64,000 nt of DNA. Origin: Cyanobacteria bacterium P01_D01_bin.156. GTDB lineage: Bacteria > Cyanobacteriota > Cyanobacteriia > Phormidesmidales > Phormidesmidaceae. Under the pieces are notes generated by a model. It was not told where the DNA came from and ran no database searches. It saw only the letters and a program-made list of their open reading frames with translations. Shown here one piece after another: positions 19,752 through 30,328 of the stretch; position 1 is the stretch's first letter; the number at the start of each line of letters is the position of its first letter. The position numbers were made by a program, and so were the translations under genes. The stretch lies in contig JBCCQQ010000024.1 in assembly GCA_039024555.1 (NCBI GenBank), positions 1 to 64,000 of the forward strand. Direction: 5' to 3'.

Positions 19752-20933
19752 ATGCAGTATCGTCGATTTGGACGCACAGAGTTACAAATATCGGTATTTT
19801 CCTGTGGTGGCATGCGCTACCAGCACTCGTGGCAAGATATTCCCCAGCGGCAAATTCCAGCTAAAAACCAGGAAAATTTGGACGCGACCATCAAGCGGTC
19901 CTTTGAACTGGGGATTAACCACATCGAGACGGCACGAGGTTACGGCACCTCAGAAATTCAGCTGGGTAAGGTGCTACCCACGCTGCCCCGCGATCGCATT
20001 ATTGTTCAAACTAAGGTTACTCCCAGAGAAAACCCCAAAGAATTTCTAGCCACTTTTGAAAAGTCCATCAAAAACCTGCAGCTGGACTATGTGGACCTGC
20101 TGGGTATTCACGGCATTAATACCCATAAATTGCTGGACTGGACTCTGCGGCCTAGCGGTTGTATGGATGTGGTACGCGAGCTGCAACGCCAGGGGCGGGT
20201 GCGTCACGTTGGCTTTTCCACCCACGGTCCCACGGACGTGATTGTGGATACGGTCAACACCGGCCAGTTTGACTATATGAATCTGCACTGGTACTACATT
20301 TTTCAGGATAACTGGCCCGCCATTGAAGCGGCCCAAAACCATGATGTGGGGGTATTTATCATTAGCCCCTCGGATAAAGGAGGGCACCTGTACGCCCCAC
20401 CGCCACAGCTGGTAGATTTGTGTGCGCCCTTAAGCCCCATGGTGTTTAACGATCTGTTTTGTCTTAGTCATTCCCAGATTCATACCCTCAGTTTAGGGGC
20501 AGCAAAACCCAGTGACTTTGATGAACACCTAAAGGTGCTGCCATTGATTGAGCAGGCCGACCAGGTGCTGCCGACGATTTTAGACCGCCTAGAGCAGCGC
20601 GCGATCGCAGCCCTAGGCGAAACCTGGTACAAAACCTGGAATGTAGGTCTACCAAAGCCTGCCGACACCCCCGGCAACCTGAATATTCCCATTACCCTAT
20701 GGCTTGGTAATCTAATGGATGCCTTTGACATGACCGAGTTTGCGGCGGCCCGCTACAACCTACTGGGTGGGGGCAGCCACTGGTTTCCGGGGGAGCGGGC
20801 CGATCGGCTAGCCTCGTTAGATCTCAAACGGTGTTTGCAGCACAGCCCCCATCAGGAGGTGATTCCCCAACGCCTTGCCGATATCCATCGGCGTTTAGCA
20901 GGTGCTAAGGTCAAGCGCTTGTCAGAGTCATAA
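19752..20933 (+). CDS. Aldo/keto reductase
   Basis: MQYRRFGRTEL, INHIETARGYG, LDYVDLLGIH, GFSTHG. Confidence 0.88.
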   Translation: MQYRRFGRTELQISVFSCGGMRYQHSWQDIPQRQIPAKNQENLDATIKRSFELGINHIETARGYGTSEIQLGKVLPTLPRDRIIVQTKVTPRENPKEFLATFEKSIKNLQLDYVDLLGIHGINTHKLLDWTLRPSGCMDVVRELQRQGRVRHVGFSTHGPTDVIVDTVNTGQFDYMNLHWYYIFQDNWPAIEAAQNHDVGVFIISPSDKGGHLYAPPPQLVDLCAPLSPMVFNDLFCLSHSQIHTLSLGAAKPSDFDEHLKVLPLIEQADQVLPTILDRLEQRAIAALGETWYKTWNVGLPKPADTPGNLNIPITLWLGNLMDAFDMTEFAAARYNLLGGGSHWFPGERADRLASLDLKRCLQHSPHQEVIPQRLADIHRRLAGAKVKRLSES

Positions 20934-20944
20934 CCGCTTGTGCC

Positions 20945-22552
20945 ATGCAGAGACGACAGTTTATCTATGCAGCAGGGAGTAGCTTGGCGGCTCTTCAATC
21001 TCACAGGTTGGTGCATCTGGTCTACGCTGACGAGCAGTCTTTTCAGTGTCGCGCCTATCTCCCTAATGGTGCTCCTTTAGCAGAAGCCTCCCTTAGTAAG
21101 CTTTACTTTCTCACACTGCAGGATGAGCCCCTGCCTAATCCCGAACGAACCGTTGAAAACGGGCTATTAGTCTCTCAGGCACCGTCCCAGTGGCCGGTCG
21201 CAATTGCCCTACAGCTTCCGGTAGCAGGCTTTGGGGATATTACAGTTTATGCAGACAACAAGGGACAGGGGTTTCTGCCAGAGGACTTTCCCCTGATATT
21301 AAATCAGGTATTTGCCCGCGATCGCATTGCCCGCATTAGCCGCTTTTTAGTCCACTGGAAACAACAAGGGTATCGATTCCCCAAAACAATTTACCAAACC
21401 TTAGAGAAGGCCACAGTTCTCTTCCAAAGAGCAGAACAGCAGACAATACTCTCTACCCAAGTTCGATTTTGGAACGCTGCCCTGAGCCAAGCTCTCTGGG
21501 CAGGGGAAGACCTTGCGCTCAGCCGTGCTAGACAGCGGATTGCCACCGGTGAACCCCGAAGAGAGTTCAAATTTGGCTGTAATGCATTTGCCCACCCTGC
21601 GGCAGGCCCAGCCTACGATCGTTATTTTGAAGCACTGTTTAACTATGGAACGGTTCCCTTTTACTGGAGAAGTTTTGAACCCCAACAGGGGAGACCGGGG
21701 TTTGACCGCATCGATCAACAGATAGTCTGGTTAGAGTAGGCAGACATTATTGCCAAAGGACATCCCCTGGTGTGGTTCCACGACGTCAGTATTCCTGATT
21801 GGGTTCGTGATCAGTCCTACGACAGGGTAAAGGCCGCCCTGCGTCGGCGCATCTTAGAGATTGTTCGCCATTATGGAGAGCGCATTCCCTACTATGACGT
21901 GATTAATGAAGCCCACGGTGTACCCTGGGCCAACGGGCTAAACTACAGCCGTGAACAGTTTCTTGAGCTCACCCGGATGGCCTGCGAGGTCACCCGAGAA
22001 GAAAATCCAAATATACAACGCGTTGTTAATAGCTGTTGTTTGTGGGCCAAACAGGTGGCCCTATTTGGCTCTGGGTTTCAGAGCCCCTTTGACTATATTA
22101 AAACCTGTCTAAAGGCGAAGATTCCCTTTGAAGTGATCGGTCTTCAGCTTTACTATTCCCATCAGGATATGTTCGAGATTGATCGCATGCTGGACCGCTT
22201 TGCCAGCCTGGGTAAGCCTATCCACATTACTGAAATGTCCACCTCCTCTGCAACGGGCATTGATGACAATTCGCAGCTGGGTGAGGCCCGTGGACTATGG
22301 CATGCGCCTTGGACTGAAACAATTCAGGCGGACTGGGCAGAGCAAATTTACACGTTGGCCTACAGTAAACCGGAAATTGAAGCTGTCACCTGGTGGGATC
22401 TGTCGGATCAAAATACCTTCTGGCCCTTTGGGGGACTGTTGAATCAGGAAAACCGTCCTAAGAGGGCTTATTACCGAATTCAGGCTTTGCAACAGAACTG
22501 GGGCGTTGCTAAACAAGAAAACTCTCTTATGAATGGTGCGATCGCACATTGA
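20945..22552 (+). pseudogene. GH10 endo-1,4-beta-xylanase-like glycoside hydrolase with Tat signal, interrupted by an in-frame TAG at 21737-21739
   Basis: Two track ORFs share one frame and read IVWLE*ADIIAKGHPLVWFH; catalytic motifs YDVINE and IHITE intact; MQRRQF Tat motif. Confidence 0.8.
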
Positions 22553-22740
22553 GTCCATCGCCTATCTAACGGTTTTGGCCACAGCTCCATTGCTCCAATC
22601 CCGAGCGCCCTAAACCGCAGCCTAGGATACAGCGGTGGTGAAAAATGTTTGCAATGCTGTAGGGTGTTTTTACTCCGGATAGCGACTCGTTTTCCTGAGT
22701 TTACCGTCGTACTTTCATAACTCTGCCTTAGGAGAGAATC

Positions 22741-23931
22741 ATGTCCCATCGACGCACTTTTCGTTTTTCTCGTCGTCAGGTTGTTCGTGGCCTGCTAGCC
22801 ACCTCAGCCTTTGGCATGGCAACTAAGTTAAATGCCTGTGCGACATCTCCAGAGTCTGCGGCAGATGGAGCAGATACCGCCGAAACAGCAGCGGCGGAAA
22901 TTCCGGTGGGCTTTATCTACGTAGGCCCCAAGGATGACTTTGGTTACAACCAAGCCCATGCCGAAGGGGCCGCCGCCATGGCCAAGGTGTCGGGCATCAA
23001 AATTATTGAAGAAGCCAGCGTTCCAGAAACAACGGCGGTGCTGGAAACCATGCGCAGCATGATCGAAATCGACGGGGCAAAAGTTCTATTTCCCACATCG
23101 TTTGGCTACTTTGACCCCTACATTTTAGAACTGGCTGCCGAATTCCCTGATGTGCAGTTCTTCCATGCCGGGGGGCTTTACCAGGATGGAGTGCATCCCA
23201 ATAATGTGGGCAGCTACTTTGGCTACATCGACGAAGCCCAGTACATTGCTGGTGTAGTGGCAGGCCACATGTCTAAGGACGGTAATCTGGGGTTTGTTGC
23301 GGCTAAACCCATTCCCCAGGTCCTACGCAATATCAATAGCTTTACCCTCGGGGCAAAATCCATCAACCCAGCGGCCACCACCCAGGTAATTTTCACTGGC
23401 GACTGGGCATTGCCGGTAAAAGAAGCCGAGGCCACCAACAGCATGGCCGATCAGGGCATCGATGTGGTCACCTGCCACGTGGACAGCCCCAAGGTAGTCA
23501 TGGAAACTGCAGAAAAGCGCGGCATTTTTAGTTCCGGGTATCACGCCAACCAAGGACCGTTAGCTCCCAAGGGCTATTTGACCGGGGCCGAGTGGGACTG
23601 GATTAGTATCTACACTTTCCTCGGAGAACAGTTTGTGGCGGGTAAAACCCTCATGGCCGGAGATATTGAGCATATTCTGCGCGGTGGTCTAGCAGATAAG
23701 TTCTGTAAGCTCTCTCCCTACGGGCCAGCGGTAACTGATGAAGCCAAGGCGGATGCTGAGGCCGCTAGGGAGAAAATTCTCAAGGGTGAACTGGTGATCT
23801 ACGAGGGCGAGCTTAAGGACAATACGGGCAAGTCTATTTTGTCTGCAGGTGAAAAGTACGAGCAGCAAAATATCGAACTGGAAAAAATGAATTGGCTGAT
23901 CGAAGGTGTTAAGGGCAGCATTGACGGTTAA
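22741..23931 (+). CDS. BMP family ABC transporter substrate-binding lipoprotein (nucleoside/purine-type)
   Basis: Tat signal SRRQVV with LNAC lipobox; GFIYVGPKDDFGYNQAH; FPTSFGY. Confidence 0.9.
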   Translation: MSHRRTFRFSRRQVVRGLLATSAFGMATKLNACATSPESAADGADTAETAAAEIPVGFIYVGPKDDFGYNQAHAEGAAAMAKVSGIKIIEEASVPETTAVLETMRSMIEIDGAKVLFPTSFGYFDPYILELAAEFPDVQFFHAGGLYQDGVHPNNVGSYFGYIDEAQYIAGVVAGHMSKDGNLGFVAAKPIPQVLRNINSFTLGAKSINPAATTQVIFTGDWALPVKEAEATNSMADQGIDVVTCHVDSPKVVMETAEKRGIFSSGYHANQGPLAPKGYLTGAEWDWISIYTFLGEQFVAGKTLMAGDIEHILRGGLADKFCKLSPYGPAVTDEAKADAEAAREKILKGELVIYEGELKDNTGKSILSAGEKYEQQNIELEKMNWLIEGVKGSIDG

Positions 23932-25013
23932 TGGTCAGTCTCTTTCAACCAGGAGCAGTACCTGGTCAATGGCGGCGATCCTTAGAGGCCATTGTGTTGC
24001 CGGTGGCTGCTTTACTGGTGGCCCTAGTCATTTTTGGTTGTTTTTGTGCCCTGGCAGGGGCTAATCCATTTGCCGTTTACGGTTCAATTTATAAGGCTGC
24101 TTTTGGTCGCTGGAGTGCCTGGCAAAATACATTACTGCGGGCCGCACCGCTGATGTTGACGGCTCTATGTACGGCTTTGCCTGCCCGTCTGGGATTGGTG
24201 ATTATTGGCAACGAGGGCGCTCTGGTGATGGGGGGACTGGCTGCCGTAGTGGTGGGATTAGGTGTGGGTGCATCCCTACCGCCCCTAGCAGCTCAGACGG
24301 CGATGGCCTTGGCGGGCATGACCGCTGGTGGGCTATGGATCATGCTTTCGGGGGCATTGCGCCACTATCGCGGGGTGAATGAAACCATCAGTAGTTTGTT
24401 GTTGAACTACATTGCGATCGCGCTAATGAACCACCTGGTAGAAGGCCCCATGCGCGACAGTAGCTTTGTTACCAAACCATCCTCCGCTGAACTAGACCCC
24501 AGCATTTGGTTAGGCACCATTCCCGGCAGCCGCATCCATTTTGGTTTGCTCTATGGCTTAATTGTCTGTATTCTCGCCTACGTGCTGATCCAGCGCACCA
24601 CCTTTGGTTTTGCCGCCCGGACTGCCGGTGGCAATGTGCGTGCCGCCAGAATTGCAGGGTTACCCGTGGGTAAGCTCACCCTGGCAATTTGTTTTTTAGG
24701 AGGTTCCGCCGCTGGCCTAGCAGGCATGGTAGAGGTTGCTGCTGTGCAAAAGCGCATTAACGAATCCCTGGTGTCTAACTATGGCTATGCCGGTATTCTG
24801 GTCGCCTTTGTTTCTCGCCATAATCCACTAGCAACAATCTTAGTAGCCATCTTGCTGGGGGGAATTCTCGCCAGCGGCGGCATTCTCCAACGGTCCCACG
24901 ATTTGCCAGATGCCACAGTGCTAGTTTTCCAAGGAATTGTGTTTTTGTGTGTTTTATTTAGCGATTCGCTCTATGGCAAATTGCCCTGGTTTAGAGAAGC
25001 AGTGGATGGGTAA
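23931..25013 (+). CDS. ABC transporter permease (nucleoside type)
   Basis: Multiple TM helices; IGNEGALVMG, GVNETISSLLLNY, GYAGILVAF. Confidence 0.9.
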   Translation: MVSLFQPGAVPGQWRRSLEAIVLPVAALLVALVIFGCFCALAGANPFAVYGSIYKAAFGRWSAWQNTLLRAAPLMLTALCTALPARLGLVIIGNEGALVMGGLAAVVVGLGVGASLPPLAAQTAMALAGMTAGGLWIMLSGALRHYRGVNETISSLLLNYIAIALMNHLVEGPMRDSSFVTKPSSAELDPSIWLGTIPGSRIHFGLLYGLIVCILAYVLIQRTTFGFAARTAGGNVRAARIAGLPVGKLTLAICFLGGSAAGLAGMVEVAAVQKRINESLVSNYGYAGILVAFVSRHNPLATILVAILLGGILASGGILQRSHDLPDATVLVFQGIVFLCVLFSDSLYGKLPWFREAVDG

Positions 25014-25028
25014 CCATCATGTTGTTCT

Positions 25029-25054
25029 GTAGGGGCAATCCCTTGTGGTTGCCC
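25029..25054 (+). repeat. GTAG-type REP-like palindrome
   Basis: GTAG followed by GGGCAATC-ccttgt-GGTTGCCC-type stem between the two permease genes. Confidence 0.55.
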
Positions 25055-25136
25055 GTCAATATTAGAAACAGAAAATCAGGGTGGTCAATGCCATCGTCCA
25101 GTATTCAATGTAGATTTGTGGCGAGGTTAATCAACA

Positions 25137-26084
25137 ATGGCGGCTGAGTCTCTTGGACTATGGGGAATTCCCTTAGGAATCATTGCCGGAACCTTGCGGG
25201 GAAGTGCACCGTTTTTATTTGTCAGCCTAGGCGAATGCCTGACAGAGAAAAGCGGCAAAATCAACCTAGGTTTAGAAGGCACTTTGCTGATGGGAGCCAT
25301 GAGTGCCTATGGCGTTTCCTATCTGTCCCAGGATTGGGCCGGTCCCTTTTGGGCACCGTGGCTAGGAGTGTTAGCAGCCGGACTGTCCGGTATGACCTTG
25401 GGGGCTATTCACGGCTGGTTATCGCAACAGCCTCGGGTAAATGATGTGGCTACCGGCATTGCCATGATTGTGTTTGGTAGCGGTCTAGCCTTTTTTCTAG
25501 GTAAACCGTTTATTCAACCCCAGGCACCCCAGTTGCTCACATTTGACTGGGGCAGCTGGAGCAGCATTCCTCAGATTCAGGCTGCATTGAAGATCAGCCC
25601 ATTGTTTTTATTAGGGGTAGTGGTTGCCCCTCTTCTCCATTGGTTCTTTCGCTATACCCGCTGGGGGCTATACGTTCGGGCCGTAGGCGATAGTCCTGAA
25701 TCGGCACGAGCGATGGGAATATCCACCTTCAAGGTGCGGATGTTGAGCATTGTTGCTGGAAGCTTTTTAGCAGGAATCGGTGGGGCCTGTTTGTCACTGT
25801 ATTACCCTGGCGTATGGACTGAGCGCATCTCTAGCGGTCAGGGACTGATGGCAGTGGCACTGGTGATTTTTGCCCGATGGAATCCAATTCAGTGTCTGTG
25901 GGCGTCGTTGTTGTTTGGGGGGGCGCAGGCGATTGGCCCTGCATTTCAGTCGGTGGGCGTAGATTCTTACTATTATTTATTTAATGCAGCTCCGTATATT
26001 TTGACATTGTTGATTATGGTAGTAACCTGCTCACCCCAGAGAACGCTGGTGGGGTTACCAGGAGCATTGGGTAAGGATGAGTAG
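25137..26084 (+). CDS. ABC transporter permease (nucleoside type)
   Basis: LGECLTEKSGKINLGLEG, RAVGDSP, GQGLMAVALVIFARWNP. Confidence 0.9.
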   Translation: MAAESLGLWGIPLGIIAGTLRGSAPFLFVSLGECLTEKSGKINLGLEGTLLMGAMSAYGVSYLSQDWAGPFWAPWLGVLAAGLSGMTLGAIHGWLSQQPRVNDVATGIAMIVFGSGLAFFLGKPFIQPQAPQLLTFDWGSWSSIPQIQAALKISPLFLLGVVVAPLLHWFFRYTRWGLYVRAVGDSPESARAMGISTFKVRMLSIVAGSFLAGIGGACLSLYYPGVWTERISSGQGLMAVALVIFARWNPIQCLWASLLFGGAQAIGPAFQSVGVDSYYYLFNAAPYILTLLIMVVTCSPQRTLVGLPGALGKDE

Positions 26085-26125
26085 GGCTAAAGCGACTTAA
26101 AGACCAGGAATCTTTTGGAACACTC

Positions 26126-26506
26126 ATGACCCAAACAATAAAGCTTGCTGTCAATGGCACCCTGATGCGAGGACTCGCCCTCAATCCCAATCTTCTTAAC
26201 GTTAATGCCACTTTTGAACGAGAAGCGACAACAGAACCCGCTTATCGCATCTGGTCTATAGACGACAAATACCCCGCCATGATTAAGGTCAGTTCTGGCG
26301 GCGTTGCTGTTGCAGTTGAAGTATGGCAAGTGCCCCTAGAAGGTCTGGGTATTATCCTTTCCCAAGAACCACCCGGTCTTGCCATTGGTAAAGTCATGCT
26401 CCACGATGGCGAAGAGGTCTTAGGCGTTATCGGAGAACCATTAACGGTGGAAGGAAAAAAAGAAATTACAGAATTTGGTGGCTGGCGTGCTTATCAGGGA
26501 GATTAG
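26126..26506 (+). CDS. Stand-alone allophanate hydrolase C-terminal-like (GGCT-fold) protein
   Basis: LAVNGTLMRGLALN, VEVW, EPPGLAIGKV, EITEFGGWRAY. Confidence 0.75.
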   Translation: MTQTIKLAVNGTLMRGLALNPNLLNVNATFEREATTEPAYRIWSIDDKYPAMIKVSSGGVAVAVEVWQVPLEGLGIILSQEPPGLAIGKVMLHDGEEVLGVIGEPLTVEGKKEITEFGGWRAYQGD

Positions 26507-26677
26507 CTAAGTCTTGTCAGACATATGTTTGCCAAATTTATGTCTAGAGCTACTTCAAAGGCTTTCTGGTTTCAACCTTCAGAATAAAAATAAGCTTTGT
26601 TTAGCATGCTGAACTAATCTCTCATGCCTTACTTGTTTTAGGTGATGGCTTAGCCTGATTTTCGGCTGGACCTTTCT

Positions 26678-29600
26678 TTACGCTTGAGCACCCAGTAATT
26701 TGAGTGTATGCATTTGGGCTTCCTCTAAGCCTGAAGCTCCATAAAGCTTCATCCCATCATATGGTCGAGGAATACGTAAAACTTGCTTGCAGGAACCATC
26801 AGAAACGTTCCAGATTCTTATAGTTTCGTCGCTGCTGCCAGCCGTTGTTAACGTTTTTCCATCAGAACTAAACTCTACAGACCTGACTGTTCCAATGTGA
26901 CCGCTTAAAACATGTATAACCTGATTAGTTTCAAAATCTCGAAGCACAACATTACCATTACCATTACCACTGCTAGCAAGAAGTTTGCCATCAGGGCTGA
27001 ATGACAGGGCCATGACCCAAGTGCTGAACTCAGAAGTGAATGTATTTATGCATTCAAAGTTCTTGAGGTTCCACACCCTAATACACTGATCAGCAGTTCC
27101 CGTTACTAAGATCGGTTTAGAAGGATGAAAACAAAGGGAGTAAATCTTTGAATTGTCTTCTGGAAACGTTTGCAAGTGTTTGCCAGTTCTGCAATCCCAT
27201 AGTTTAGTTGAGCCATCATCACTACCACTTGCTAATGTTTGACCATCAGGACTAAACTGAACCGCCCATATCCAGGTATTGTGATGCGCGTCAATAACAT
27301 TTAGCACAGAACCAGTTTGTACATCCCATAAACGAAGGGTGCCATCCTGACCGCCGCTTGCTAGTAATCGGCTGTCAGGGCTAAAACTGAGAGACCAGAC
27401 ACCGCCGTTGCTATGCCCTGTTAATGTTCGGAGTTGTTTCCCTGATTCAAAGTCCAATAAAGCAATTGTTTCATCATCGCTAGCACTTGCTAAGAATCTT
27501 CCATCAGGACTAAATTCAGTCCACCATATCCAACTGGTATGACTTTTTGAGGACCTGAAACATTCTCCATGTTCAACATTCCATAATCTAACTATGCCAT
27601 CTAGAGTGCCACTGGCGACAACATTAGAATCTGGATGGCAACAAGCGGACCATACCCAGTTAGAATATCCATTTAATGTGGTCAGGCATAGACCTTGTTC
27701 CCAATCCCAAAGCTTTAATTCCTGATAGTTATTACCACTTGCTAACAACTTACCATCTGGACTAAAGGTAATTACCCTAACGCCATCAGAGTTTCCTTGC
27801 AAAGTTTTAGTACATAACCCGCTGTGGATATTCCAAATCTTGATAGTTTTGTCAAAACTTCCACTCGCTACAATACCTGGTTGGTTTGGATGCCAAACAA
27901 CTGAACGAATTTCTTTAGTGTGACCTTCTAAAACTTTGAGGCAAGAACCATCTATACAGTCCCAAATTCTAAGGGTGCGATCAAGGCCACCACTTATTAA
28001 AAGTCGGCTATCGGGACTAAATGCTAGTGTCCAAATACTATTCAGATGCCCTGATAAAACCTTTATACAAGTCCATGTATCCGTTTCCCAAATGCGAATG
28101 GTGTTATCGTAACTGCCAGTGGCAAGATACTTACCATCAGGACTGAACTTGACTGCCCATACCCAATCAGTATGTTCTTTAATGACTCGTAAGCATCGAC
28201 CGGAGTCAACATCCCACAGTCTTACTGTTTTATCATCGCCAGAACTTACAAGCGTTTTGCCATCAGGACTAACATGAATTGACCAAAGCCAGCCACTGTG
28301 ACCGTAGAGTGTTCTGAGAGGTTTACCTGACTGGACACACCAAATCCTCACGACAGAATCAAAACAGCAACTAAACAGCTTTTTACTGTCAGCACTGAAT
28401 ACTACACTTGGAACCCAGTCTGAAGCATTATCTCGTCCTTCAAGAGTCTTGATTTTCTGGTAGTCACTGAGTCGAAATATTGAGATTGATCCAACCGCAT
28501 CTCCGGCAGCTAGGAGTTTTCCATCGGGGCTAAAAGCCAGCGAATGAATACCCACAAATGTTTCTAGAAAGACTGAATGGTAAAAATCGCAGTTTGAAAA
28601 ATCTGTTTCTACTAGCGATGTTCCTTGGAAATCCACTTGCCATATGGCTAGGTTAGAAAAATCCCATCTTGAAATATCTACTCCCATATAAAGCAACAGA
28701 TTCAAGATATTACCTATTGCATACCCTTTCTTTCTCTTTTGAACTCTCACCTGATCGAGTAGTTGTTTTAGGGAGTCTATAATCTCGTCTTGTTCAAAGG
28801 CATCAGATAGATGCTCGATGAGCGGCTGAACAATTAAACGAATTTGGGCATTTCGAACAAACTCACTTGAAGATGTTTTGATAAAAGCGTATTGGTTTAA
28901 TAAACTGATAGTCCCATGCTCAAGCTCTTTAATAAAGCTATTGATTAGGCGATTAGCTGCATGTTCTAAAATTACAGGCTGTAGCTTAAATCCTTGTTCA
29001 GTCCTTTCAAGGGGAATACGCCGTTGTAGCGATTTAAGTGTATCGCCCACTAGTTGTTTAGAGTCAAGAGATAGAAGATCCTCTTTTAGAACAGAAACAG
29101 AAATTGGTTCACGGTTGATGGCTAACCAATAAATGATTTCAAGTTCATGATGAGAAAGGCGTTTGAAATGCCAGTCAAGTAGCTCATTAATATCAGCAAA
29201 GAGCCGATTACCTTGATTCAGAAAATCATTTAACTTCCCTAAGTATGAGAGTTGAACATGGTTAGCTACCAGCTGAAGGGCCAAAGGATTTCCGTTATAA
29301 AAATTCGTTAACTCCCGAATATCCTTATCCAAACTAGTATCAACACCATATTCTTCTAAGAGATCTTTACTGCTCTCAAAGTCTAATCCCTCAAGCTTCA
29401 ATATATTAATATGGTTGGTTATACCCGGTGATACTTCAATATCTTTAGGCCTTTCTCTACTGTTAATTAATAGACAACTTTGGTGATGCCCTTCTCCAAG
29501 CGCTTTCAGCAGTTTTCCATATCCTTCATACCCATCTTGATATTCTCCGGCTTGGTTTAATTCTGTACCAGTACCAGAGTCTACAGCGTGATTGGTATTT

Positions 29601-30328
29601 GAAGCTTGCCCACTTTTAAGAATGGATTCAAAATTATCGAGAATCAGTAAACAACGGTTCTTCTGTAGATACGCTAAGATTAGCAGAATTTGTTGATCTA
29701 GTCTTTTCGGCAGATGAACGTTTTGTTGATGAGAAAGAAACTTTATCCAGTCTAGGACTATTTCATCCAAGGGAGGGGCATCTAGTAAGGAGCGCCAGAT
29801 AACAAAATCAAAGTGGCCTTGTATACCGTCAATTAACTTTAGGGTTAAATCGGTCTTACCAATTCCACCCAGTCCTAAGCGAACTGTGATCCCTGTTTTA
29901 CCGATACCCTTCATTCCTAAAATGGCGACTAATCGACATTGTGAATGTAAGATCCATGTCTTTAATAGTGCTAGCTCGTCCTGACGACCAAAGAACATTG
30001 GCACATCTGGAGCATTGCCGAGGTCTATGACTGTTGGTCGACCCCTGTTTTGAGATATCTCAGGTTGGTTTAGGTAGTAACGTTCCAGAACCGATTGTAT
30101 ATTGCCTTTTTTAACCTTCTCTTCTATGGCTTCAGATAGCTTTTTCCAAAGTAATGCCCCCACATCCTTCACATATTTATTAGCCTGACCTGTGTCACTG
30201 GCAATTTGTTTGTATCCCTGTTTCTGTAGCGTACCTTTCAAGATCGCTATTTCAAGGTCATTTAAGTGTTGACCTGAATATCTGTAGACAATTTGATCTG
30301 CTGTATTAATTGCCTGGTTAGAGTCCAT
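26678..30328 (-). CDS. NB-ARC (STAND) NTPase with N-terminal HTH and about 14 WD40 repeats (NLR-like)
   Basis: FFGRQDEL, Walker A GxxGIGKT, Walker B CLLILDNFES, GNPLAL; repeated GH..VWSV.FSPDG..LASGS.D.TIRIW; RPYDGM tail. Confidence 0.92.
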   Translation of the reverse strand: MDSNQAINTADQIVYRYSGQHLNDLEIAILKGTLQKQGYKQIASDTGQANKYVKDVGALLWKKLSEAIEEKVKKGNIQSVLERYYLNQPEISQNRGRPTVIDLGNAPDVPMFFGRQDELALLKTWILHSQCRLVAILGMKGIGKTGITVRLGLGGIGKTDLTLKLIDGIQGHFDFVIWRSLLDAPPLDEIVLDWIKFLSHQQNVHLPKRLDQQILLILAYLQKNRCLLILDNFESILKSGQASNTNHAVDSGTGTELNQAGEYQDGYEGYGKLLKALGEGHHQSCLLINSRERPKDIEVSPGITNHINILKLEGLDFESSKDLLEEYGVDTSLDKDIRELTNFYNGNPLALQLVANHVQLSYLGKLNDFLNQGNRLFADINELLDWHFKRLSHHELEIIYWLAINREPISVSVLKEDLLSLDSKQLVGDTLKSLQRRIPLERTEQGFKLQPVILEHAANRLINSFIKELEHGTISLLNQYAFIKTSSSEFVRNAQIRLIVQPLIEHLSDAFEQDEIIDSLKQLLDQVRVQKRKKGYAIGNILNLLLYMGVDISRWDFSNLAIWQVDFQGTSLVETDFSNCDFYHSVFLETFVGIHSLAFSPDGKLLAAGDAVGSISIFRLSDYQKIKTLEGRDNASDWVPSVVFSADSKKLFSCCFDSVVRIWCVQSGKPLRTLYGHSGWLWSIHVSPDGKTLVSSGDDKTVRLWDVDSGRCLRVIKEHTDWVWAVKFSPDGKYLATGSYDNTIRIWETDTWTCIKVLSGHLNSIWTLAFSPDSRLLISGGLDRTLRIWDCIDGSCLKVLEGHTKEIRSVVWHPNQPGIVASGSFDKTIKIWNIHSGLCTKTLQGNSDGVRVITFSPDGKLLASGNNYQELKLWDWEQGLCLTTLNGYSNWVWSACCHPDSNVVASGTLDGIVRLWNVEHGECFRSSKSHTSWIWWTEFSPDGRFLASASDDETIALLDFESGKQLRTLTGHSNGGVWSLSFSPDSRLLASGGQDGTLRLWDVQTGSVLNVIDAHHNTWIWAVQFSPDGQTLASGSDDGSTKLWDCRTGKHLQTFPEDNSKIYSLCFHPSKPILVTGTADQCIRVWNLKNFECINTFTSEFSTWVMALSFSPDGKLLASSGNGNGNVVLRDFETNQVIHVLSGHIGTVRSVEFSSDGKTLTTAGSSDETIRIWNVSDGSCKQVLRIPRPYDGMKLYGASGLEEAQMHTLKLLGAQA

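Noticed and set aside
21737..21739. Pyrrolysine or other programmed readthrough of the GH10 TAG
   Set aside because: No pyl genes seen and not expected in cyanobacteria; mutation or sequencing error is simpler.
22659..22673. NtcA box or riboswitch upstream of the BMP operon
   Set aside because: Spacing is GTA-N9-TAC rather than N8, and I could not match purine or guanidine riboswitch consensus.
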